Assembly: GCF_006345805.1 (NCBI RefSeq)
Contig: NC_042997.1
Location: 176,824,001-176,888,000, forward strand
Origin: Octopus sinensis
Taxonomy: Eukaryota
Length of the DNA stretch: 64,000 nt
Direction of reading: 5' to 3'
The notes under the pieces were generated by a model. The model did not search any database and was not told the DNA's origin. It saw nothing but the letters and a program-made list of their open reading frames with translations. Both the position numbers and the translations under genes were made by a program. Shown here in pieces: positions 54,385 through 64,000 of this stretch (positions within the stretch are counted from its first letter, which is position 1; each line of letters begins with the position of its first letter).

Positions 54385-55040
54385 CTACTCTTTTACTTGT
54401 TTCAGGGATGTGACTGTGGCCATGCTGGAGAACCGCCTTTAGTCGAGCAAATCGACCCAGGACTTATTCTTTGTAAGCCTACTACTTAGTCTATCGGTCT
54501 CTTTTGCTGAACCGCTAAGTTACGGGGACGTAAACATACCATCATCGGTTGTCAAGCGATGTTAGGGGACAAACACAGACACACAAACATATACACACAC
54601 ATACATATATAAACACACACACACACACACACACATACACACATATATCTTTCCCTTTTTTTCTCTTTTCTTTGTTTCAGTCATTTGACTGCAGCCATGC
54701 TAGAGCACCGCCTTTAGTCGAGCAAATCGACCCCGGGACTTATTTTTTGTAAGCCCAGTACTTATTCTATCGGTCCTCTTTTGCGAACCGCTAAGTGCGG
54801 GACGTAAAACACACCAGCATCGGTTGTCAAGCAATACTATGGGGACAAACACACACATACATATATATACATATACATATATACGACAGGCTTCTTTCAG
54901 TTTCCGTCTACCAAATCCACTCACAAGGCATTGGTCGGCCCGGGGCTATAGCAGAAGACACTTACCCAAGATGCCACGCAGTGGGACTGAACCCGGAACC
55001 ATGTGGCTGGTTAGCAAGCTACTTACCACACAGCCACTCC
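54385..55040 (-). mobile_element. SINE family B, full copy (54665-55040) plus an extra 3' half (54385-54640)
   Basis: Two consecutive CATGCT.GAG.ACCGCC...GGGACAAACAC blocks. Confidence 0.82.
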
Positions 55041-56171
55041 TAATATTAGGAAATCAATATCAGCGCTCTTTTGCCATTGTTGTATCTATCTTTTGACGAC
55101 TGTTGTCGCTCTGACAGATATTGTTATATTCTGAAGTCGTCGATAGAATGGTTCAACCTGGCACGGTACGACCCTCAATCGTACAGTGTTATTATCCTCA
55201 AAAGGTTGGATCGTTATAACGTCCACTTAGTATCATCGTATAATTACTATATCAGCACAAACACGACTACCAACACAGTCTACACGTACTTCTTACCTTC
55301 CTACTGTCGACCGGCTACTGGTCCATTTATAATGGCTGGTTACTACCACTTTTTACCGAGAGGGGTTTATAGTTTCATTATACAACAAACATCCAATATG
55401 TGATTGTAGAAAGGATAGAAAGCTTTACGAGCACAGGACACAAATATAGGGCACGAGCACAGGGCACGAGGAATAACCTAAAAGGGTAAAACGTAAAGTG
55501 GACATCATTGGGATTTGAACACTGAGCGCGGAGAATCGGAACAAATATCGTAACGCATCCAATCCGACGCTCCAACGTCGTACGTTTAGAGAGTTGGATT
55601 GAGCTCGTGCGAGGCCTTCCTTCACTTTAAAACGATTCAAGCGCAATCATAGCTTGAATTGTAGCATCTTTATAATGCGTTGCATATTATGTCTGAACGT
55701 AGCCGAAAAAGCGAAACAAAAAAAAAATTTATAATAGACTGAAGGCATGTGTCAGTGTGAGTGGTAACACCGAAAACCTGCTACTAGAGGCGCACATCGT
55801 TTCCACATCTGTGCAAAAGAGTATTGGTCCCTAGCAGGACTGAAAAACCAATCCATGCTACTTGAAGAGAACACTCAAGCTAAGGCACTGCTCGAAATCA
55901 TGTTGTAGTCATCATGTTCGTACATGCATACATGTATGCATACGTACATACGTACATAAGTATCAATGTACATACGTGCGTACTTATGTATGTATGTATG
56001 TATGTATGTATGTATGTATGTATGTATGTATGTATGTATGTATGTATGTAGTATTGTATTTTGTGTATATATTATGTATATATATATATGTATGAAAGTA
56101 TGTATATATATGTATATATATATATATATATATATAGATATATATATATATTATATATATATATATATATA

Positions 56172-56384
56172 TTAGCAACCGCGAGTGTATCGTTGGCGAT
56201 TTTCTCTCTTCGTCTTCCTTCCTTGGACCTTCCTTTTCTATGTTTCCGACGAAGAGCTCCGCTCGAAATGTTAAATCCTCCTTCTTTATTTCCTTTCATG
56301 AGCTTCCAATAACACTATACTTGTTCCACGTTCTCGTATTGTTGTGTTTTCTCGTTTTCTCTTTGTTCATGTTTGGATTAATTA

Positions 56385-56385
<1 letters not shown>
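56172..56385 (+). mobile_element. Probable PLE pLTR-like remnant between (TA)n and (CA)n, with a degenerate hammerhead core
   Basis: CCGACGA A GAGC TCC GCTC GAAAT GTTA at 56246-56273. Confidence 0.35.
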
Positions 56386-56468
<83 letters not shown>

Positions 56469-56785
56469 CATACATATGTAGGAATGTATATTTGTATGTA
56501 TTGGAGTTGAATGCAATAGAGTTGTATGCTTAGCTGTTCTCCCTGTGAATCGTATATTAAACAATTGTGAATTTCATTACAAAGAATATATATTGTTCTG
56601 TTACGTTCTTTCAAAAACTCAAGTGGCGAAAACAACTTTTATCGTTAAATATTGACTTCTGTATTCTTTTTCTTTTTATATGAACGTAAACAAAAGCTCA
56701 CGGCATTCATTCCATAACTTATATATATTTAATTTAGATATGTGTAATTATCCATACAATTACTCACGCAGACAATCTAACATAA

Positions 56786-56853
<68 letters not shown>

Positions 56854-57058
56854 AATTTATCTATTTTATCTCTTAACTTTATGGTGTTGCACACACCCAC
56901 ACAGTATATATATATATCTATATATTATGTATATATATATACTATGTATAATATATATATGTATATATAATAAGTATATATATATATATACATATATTAC
57001 CACATACATATACATACACCATATGCATACTACCTCTATATATATGTATCCTGACTTC

Positions 57059-57097
<39 letters not shown>

Positions 57098-58034
57098 TCT
57101 TATGAATTTTCTATGATTATAACAAATTATAGTGAAAGATAGATACATAGAAAAACAGAGATAAAGAGAGATCGAACGGAATGAATATAAATAATGTATG
57201 AAAATCAATATGAGACCTTTTGAAATCTACTGGAAGAAAGGAAAATACTTGAGTATAACAGTATTTATTCATAACATTATTTTTCCCTGCTTTCCTTTAT
57301 CTTCATATGATAATTCCTATTTTATTTTCTGGATAATCTTTCGGCAAGCTTGCCCAGAACATAAAGAAAGAATTTTGTTATTTATAATGTATTTCTTCTT
57401 CCATCTATGGATGGTCCACTTCCCTCCCCTGACCATTAACCTCTTTAATTGCAGAATCCACACAAACAGACATAAGGCGTTGAGCTATAACAATAGCTGC
57501 AAACGAGGAACGTGTAGGTGTGGATATATCAACATTAATCTGTGATCTAGTGATGATAGATTATCGAATCAAAAGAAGAAAAGGAAACAATGTTTGAAAA
57601 TATATATTTTATTATACGGATAATTGATATCAAAATCTCTATTTACTATCCAAATACTTTTCTTGTAGCTGTTGAAAGTAAAGACGGTCAGTGTAGGTCA
57701 CGGTTAACATCTTATCTCAACAAATCTAAGCTTGGAGAATTTTCGGGGGAAAAAGCATTGAGGTTTAGGTTATACAATTTTTATTGGCTAAGACTGCAAA
57801 TTAGCAAAGTTTTTAGAGCATTAGATCGAATACCGTGAAGTATCTGTTCCGATTCATTGCTCTCTGGGTTCAAATCTGGTCGCGGTCAACTTTACATTTC
57901 ATACTTTTGGGGCTCGATAAAACGTACCAAATGAAGAGCACCGTACTAGTTGAGCTGTTTGAAAGCGGGGATGCTCTACGGTATTTGCTCCAGCTCTTTC
58001 GTTCCAACCCCTGCTATGACACGAGTATTAAGTT

Positions 58035-58269
58035 TTTGTTTCTTTACTGCCCACAAGGGGCTACACACAGAGGGGACAAACAAGGACAGACAAACGGATT
58101 AAGTCGATTATATCGACCCCAGTGCGTAACTGGTACTTATTTAATCGACCCCGAAAGGATGAAAGGCAAAGTCGACGTCGGCGGAAATTGAACTCAGAAC
58201 GTAGCAGCAGACGAAATACTGCTAAGCATTTCTCCCGGCGTGCTAACATTTCTGCCAGCTCGCTGCCTT
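58035..58269 (-). mobile_element. Full-length SINE family A with a 14-bp TSD
   Basis: ACGAGTATTAAGTT at 58021-58034 and 58270-58283 flanks the copy. Confidence 0.9.
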
Positions 58270-58884
58270 ACGAGTATTAAGTTCTATCGGGTCAAGTCAG
58301 CGGCTTTCCTTGGATAACACCAGTGGCACGGTGAAGAGGAAGTTGCATGCGTAGGCACTGCCTTTCTTCCTCAGAAATCTTGCTCAAGTCTGCACAATCA
58401 TAAGTAGTTGACGAAGGCCACCCCGGCTAATCTGCTACTGATTTAGGTGATTTAGATTATTTATGGCGAATTCAGATACAACTGGTGGTAGAGTAGTCAG
58501 ATTGTTCTTTGACAGTGGCTGGTGCTGCGCTTCAACTATTTTCTGGTTACTTTACTCTCTGTTTTCTTAATCCCTTTATTTGTAAATGCATAAGATGAGA
58601 AAGTAAAAATTTCTGTAAGCAGTATATAGACATTGAAATTAACGAGTGTTTTATTAATTTCAGTACCGATTTCACATCTTATAAGCAAAAAGTTGTCACA
58701 ATAGTTCTCGAAGTCAGACCTTTTAGTTAGCTTTATCATAATCTCAGTCGAGAGACTGTGATAGCTAGCGTCTGATAAGCCATCTTCAACTGATATTCAA
58801 CAAAATGTAAACAGTTTTTTCAATATTTGAAGGATTTCACGGCAATGAATGTTGTACACTATGATGTTTGCAGAATTATTAGCA

Positions 58885-59070
58885 TATCGGAAAAAATGCT
58901 TAGCAGCATTTCTTCTGGTTCTTTACGCTCTGAGTTCAAATACCGGCAAGGTCTATTTTGCCTTTCATCCGTTTGGGGTCGATAAATGAAGTACTAACTA
59001 AGTACATGGGACGATGCAATCGACTACTCCTACTCTGAAATTGCTGGCCTTGTGCCCATATTGGAAACAA
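58885..59070 (+). mobile_element. Decayed SINE family A
   Basis: GAGTTCAAATACCGGC...GCCTTTCATCC...GGGGTCGAT...GAAATTGCTGGCCTTGTG. Confidence 0.7.
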
Positions 59071-59321
59071 TTATGATGCATAACATGTATGGGATATATG
59101 ACATGATGTGTGATATATATGGTATACCAAGCTTTTTATATGTCTGATATATTTGGTGTATGATGTCTGATTTATACATGATATGTTATGTATGTGCGAG
59201 GTATGCTTGATATATCATTCGACGCAATGTATTTTACAATTTTTGCTAGTTTTGTTACATCACTGAGGGTTGGGTCTTAGGTTTCCCATGTGCCACATTC
59301 ATAACGATAATCTATTATTAC

Positions 59322-59401
<80 letters not shown>

Positions 59402-59407
<6 letters not shown>

Positions 59408-59940
59408 AGTCCTATTTTTATAACGTGCTTTCACTGCACTACCGAGTGCAGCTCTGTGTGCCTTGGGTATGTGCTATGGTTTGTTGTGATGCTTTATAGT
59501 TACAGTATTGAAAGTGTTTACGTAGGATGTGTGCGGTGACTAGTAGTGCTATTTTCTATATGTTATATATATTTGTTAGTCCTGGTGTTTTTGTTATGTA
59601 TTTGTCTGAATATTCTTTTATCATACATAATGCGCTTATTATGATAGGAATTGTTTCTGTTTTCAGATTGCCCATTTGAGTTACCTCTATTTCCAAGTCT
59701 TTGTATTTTGAAAGTTTCTCCATTTCTTTTTGAGAAACGTTGTCATCTGTTGGTATTGATACATCAATTAGAAAGCATTTTTTTCTTGATGATCTCTGAC
59801 AACTATATCTGGCCTATTAGCTCTAATTTCTCTATGTATGTGTATTGGCATATCCCATAGTATGGTTGCTTTCTCATTTTCTGTGACCATTTCTGGCGTT
59901 TGCATATACCATCTTTTTTCTGATGTTATTCCATAGTGTT
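59402..59940 (-). mobile_element. Short 3' fragment of the same R4/Dong-like family as 47908-49180, between (ATT)n tracts
   Basis: High similarity to 47908-48450; minus strand ILWDMPIH...ANRPDIVVRD. Confidence 0.85.
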
Positions 59941-59942
59941 GG

Positions 59943-60024
<82 letters not shown>

Positions 60025-60195
60025 CTAAGACGTCGCACAGTATCCGGTATCGTGATGTTATTGATTGAAGATATTGAAGATATTGTGTCTACCGGGGGTA
60101 TGTACTGTCTGTCAAGTCACCACAAGGACCTCAGACAGCACTTTACGCAATATGCATGCAATCTCACGTAATGCCAATTTTTGCTATACACCTGT
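60025..60195 (-). mobile_element. RLE-LINE 3' end (related to 61349-61510)
   Basis: Shares GTCGCACAGTAT...GAAGATATTGTGTCTAC...CAAGGACCTCAGACAG with 61350-61500; abuts (ATT)n. Confidence 0.65.
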
Positions 60196-60199
60196 TATT

Positions 60200-60521
60200 A
60201 TTAAAGTGTAGACCTGTGAGTCGGAGAGAAGGAATTGGAGAGAGTACTTGCTCTTGGGGTTTCAGGGAAATCTCGGACAGTGGGGTTCCCCGATTATCCT
60301 TCAAGGCCTTCCTGTATTAGGAGGGCCACATCTCTATCATTTGTCCCGCGACTTTTTGCTGTTCTTTTAAACCTTTGTATGCTATGCATATGTCTCTTCT
60401 TTTTCAGTGCATACCGTGTATACTTACTATATCTTTTTATCATTTCATTATAAGTAAACCCCCACACTTTACGTATGTTTTGTATTTCCTCCTCATCCTT
60501 CACCCTTGTGGCAAATAAATG

Positions 60522-60545
<24 letters not shown>
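60200..60545 (+). mobile_element. Probable LINE 3' end with AATAAA-like signal and (CAT)n tail
   Basis: Ends CCCTTGTGGCAAATAAATGAAAT(CAT)n; family not assigned. Confidence 0.4.
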
Positions 60546-60553
<8 letters not shown>

Positions 60554-60739
60554 GTTGTTGTTGTTGTTGTTGTTGTTGTTATTAGTAGTAGCACCAGTAA
60601 CAGTAGTTGTAGTAGTAGTAGAAGTAGTAGTTTTTCTTCTTTCAGTTTTGTTTCCCTTTCTTACTGAGTGTCTTCCCGAAACCTAGGACAAATTATTATT
60701 ATTTTGTTGGGTATGATAGAATGTATCAGCTGTCCGCAG

Positions 60740-61258
60740 GCAGCAGACTAAAGTGACACTTGTTCACTGATCGTGCTTCAAGGACTCAGCGAACTCTTGC
60801 AGTTCCAAGCAGTGAAGATTTTTGTAAATGTTTTATCTTTACATTTGTACCAATCTTTTTGACCACGTTAATAGTTGAGTGTTGATACTTCCAAAAGTGC
60901 TAATCCCTATTGATATTATCTCCACTCTCTTTATTGCCCACAACCTGAATATTTCCCACTTCAGTTTATTATAATTGTACACTTTTTCTTCTTTCTCTTC
61001 GATCTGTTGTCACCAGGACATGCAATGTCGATATTCAAGCATATTTTTCTTTTCTGTTCACCACAACAATGTCAGGTTTCCGCTCACTAATCTGATGGTC
61101 ACACTGAATCATTGCATATCAAAAGATTTTGAGGTCCTTTTTCCCCAGTATCTCCTTTCGGGATTTGGTCACACCGCGTCTTTGATCTTTCCAGGCCATT
61201 CCCAGAAATTTCCAATGGATCTGTTTTGTCACATTGTCACGTCGTCTTTTGTATTCAC
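60740..61258 (-). mobile_element. RLE-LINE 3' fragment (another family)
   Basis: Minus strand: YKKRR.DNVTKQIHW, IQCDHQISERKPDIVVVNRKE, SLLGTAR; 5' end on (CTT)n. Confidence 0.75.
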
Positions 61259-61348
61259 GATTCTTCTTCTTCTTCTTCTTCTTCTTCTTCTTCTTCTTCT
61301 TCTTCTTCTTCTTCTTCTTCTTCTTCTTCTTCTTCTTCTTCTTCTTCT

Positions 61349-61682
61349 AGATGTCGCACAGTATACAATATCGGTAAGTTGTTGAGTGAAGATATTGTGT
61401 CTACAGGGGGTTTGTACTGTTTGTCACTACAAGGACCTCAGACAGACAGTACATTATGCAATATGCGTGCAGTTCTAAGCAATGCCAACTTTTCCAATAC
61501 ATGTAGATTGTAGGACATTTCTAAGGTTTTCAGATGTTTTTTCAGATTGGGTGGTATTGAACCCAATGTTGTGATGACAAGAGGGATAAACTTTATGTTC
61601 GACTCTCGTAGCTGTCACATCTTAACGATCTTAATTCTCTGGTCTCTATATTTATCAACCTTTTTTCTTTCTTTCATGATGA
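61349..61682 (-). mobile_element. RLE-LINE 3' fragment with (GAA)n tail
   Basis: Minus strand: KERKKVDKYRD..IPLVITTLGSIP..LEKLALLRTARILHNVLSV stop. Confidence 0.75.
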
Positions 61683-61685
61683 TAT

Positions 61686-61856
61686 AGGCGAAGGAGTGGC
61701 TGTGTGGTAAGTAGCTTGCTTACAAACCACATGGTTCCGGGTTCAGTCCCACTGTGTGGCACCTTGGGCAAGTGTCTTCTACTATAGCCTCGGGCCGATC
61801 AAAGCCTTTTGAGTGGATTTGGTGGACGGAAACTGAAAGAAGCCCGTCGTATATAT
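61686..61856 (+). mobile_element. SINE family B 5' half
   Basis: AGGCGAAGGAGTGGCTGTGTGG head through GAAGCCCGTCGTATATAT. Confidence 0.85.
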
Positions 61857-62614
61857 ATGTTGTTGTTGTTGTTGCTAGAGTTCATGTTTGGCCGGTTCAA
61901 ATAACATATGTATGAAAAAGAAGTTGCTTGCCCCTCGCTCAACTGTTTTCCATTTCTGAAGAATAGACCCTTCTCATATCGTAACATAGCTGATTCCAAA
62001 AGAGGGAGGGAGAGAGAGAGAAAAGATAAATAGAGGGAGAAGAAGAGAGAGAAGAAAGAAAAACTGTTCCTAGTATGTACACTATTTATTGGCTCCATAA
62101 AAATGAATGGTAAAGTTCACTACAGCAGGATTTGAAGTCAACAGCGCACAGGGAGCCGTAACAAATACCGCAAGGCCCTAACAACTCTGATTCGTTAGGT
62201 GTTCATAGCAATAACGATCATTAACTCAAACCGAGAACTTATTTTACGCGTTGTAAGAGTTTTAAATAGAAAAAAAAAGCAGTTTTGTTTCCGAGAAGAA
62301 TGGTATTGTTTGATTAAACGCAGAGTTAGCAAGCCTAACGAAAATTACTATACGTTGAAAACAACGGATTTTTGGATTGTCATCCGTTTATTGTATGTGA
62401 GAATCTAATAACTGACGCTATCTCATTTAACTATGGGCAAACTTTGCGAAACAATTGCAGTATATAATGGTGTTGAATATGAAGATATTTCACCTTCAGC
62501 ATTCATTTATATATTCTTCACAATGGTCTTCAAACGATATACGATATGGTGTTTACATCTGGCATATCATTTCTGAATAATTTTCTATAGTTCAAACATT
62601 TTCTGCATCTTTCG

Positions 62615-62726
<112 letters not shown>

Positions 62727-62924
62727 GTTTGTCTGTCTGTCTGTCATGTATGTATATATGTATGCATGTATGTAAACGTACACACTATACGTTATTTCTA
62801 ATTTTGGCTCTAGGCCAACAATTTTGAGGTGGAGGGAAGGCCATTGCATCGATCTTAGTGTTCAACTGGTATTTATTTTATCCGCTCTGATATTATTATT
62901 ATTATTATTATTAATATTATTATT

Positions 62925-63477
62925 GAGTGAGAGAGCAGTGCATGCATCAAAGTGACACTGGGGTAAAATATACGAAGCCCAGTATACCCATCAAGACTAC
63001 CTGTCTGATAAGGGTACACCAGGCACATGCATCACAACCATATGTGCGCAACATGGTGATCACATATCAAGATAAACAGCGCATGACCTTGCAGGTGGGG
63101 CCCAGTTAGAATTTTCTTCTTGTCGAGTAGCCCATCCCTCTCAAAAGGTCCCTGAATAAGGATTATTTAAGGATGTTGAACGAACCACACGTTTCCAAAG
63201 GTGAATTATCAAAACCTCCAATAATTCCTCTCAAACACACGGCTATGATCCCCCCCACTACTTCTGCTCGTGCTCAGAGATGCACATATCGTCAGCCACT
63301 AAGTGACATGCTGAACTGGTTAAGGTCAAACATCTGACAAGCAAATCTGTGGTATTGAGCAGAATATTTGCTGTAACCGATCTTTTATACCAAGACAAAG
63401 CAATGTACATGATAACACTTCCAATCAGTTAAGATCAGAAGCCACGAGAACCACAGCCTGGTACTGCGTTACGGCAC
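62925..63477 (-). repeat. About 550-bp non-coding interspersed repeat embedded in (ATT)n
   Basis: Flanked by (ATT)n on both sides; shares about 270 bp with 46588-46860. Confidence 0.7.
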
Positions 63478-63542
<65 letters not shown>

Positions 63543-63544
63543 GT

Positions 63545-63735
63545 GAGGACGCATGTGGTAAGTTGTGGCGTGTGATATACTGTGCACCTGTTCAGTCAAC
63601 ACCTATTTGATGGAGGGAGTGAACTAATGTACGGCACATACATTTGATCACTACAAACAAATCATTTGTGCAGGTCGTTCGGAAAAAGCTGAACGCTTAC
63701 GCGTCGTCTTCAATAAGAGAGTCCATTACACATAC
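63545..63735 (+). repeat. Probable SINE-like repeat fragment
   Basis: GATCACTACAAACAAATCATTTGTGCAGG block recognised from memory as a cephalopod repeat; single copy here. Confidence 0.3.
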
Positions 63736-64000
63736 ATACATGAAGGTGGCTGCCCACTCGTTATCGAGTATGACCATTGCACGAAGCTTAACTGTTAACG
63801 GTGCTGTAGTCGAATGTGACTTTTTAGCCCAGCTAAAGTTCTACAACGTCTTGTGCAGAATTGGCAGCTAAAACCTTTACTGGTAATAGCCGGCTGTAGT
63901 TGTAATTGGACTTCATGTACCTTTGCATGTCGTTTAAGTCCTCCCGCCGAATCACACTCCCTTTCGCAAGCCTGACAGATATGATTAGTATGATGTGTAG

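Noticed and set aside
58300-58800. Possible hAT transposase remnant on the minus strand
   Set aside because: Only vague resemblance, no TIRs or clear motif.
61799-62098. Possible host exon after a pyrimidine tract (MLRYEKGLFFRNGKQ)
   Set aside because: No canonical GT donor or recognisable homology, and the ORF runs into a SINE.

Overview
AT-rich, repeat-dense eukaryotic DNA with no confidently identifiable host gene. The tRNA-derived SINE families and microsatellite load look like an Octopus-type cephalopod genome (recognised from memory, not searched). The centrepiece is a Penelope-like retroelement (PLE). Its RT + C-terminal GIY-YIG ORF (24690-27205, five apparent frameshifts, YRDD read as YRYD) is followed by an unusually long, modular, structured 3' UTR of about 4.7 kb. 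It is bracketed by about 0.8 kb pseudo-LTRs, each carrying a minimal hammerhead ribozyme. A second, 5'-truncated copy sits head-to-head on its left, and both outer ends abut (TA)n. The inversion continues about 6 kb into host flank, giving a palindrome of about 25 kb (arms 13144-23831 and 27230-38023). The host-flank part may be an assembly artefact. Part of the 3' UTR is an internal inverted repeat whose substitutions favour G-U pairing on the sense strand only. The rest of the window holds a decayed mariner, a Tc2/pogo-type MITE, several R4/Dong-like RLE LINE fragments at trinucleotide microsatellites, many SINEs, a 262-bp foldback and degenerate hammerhead-like remnants.
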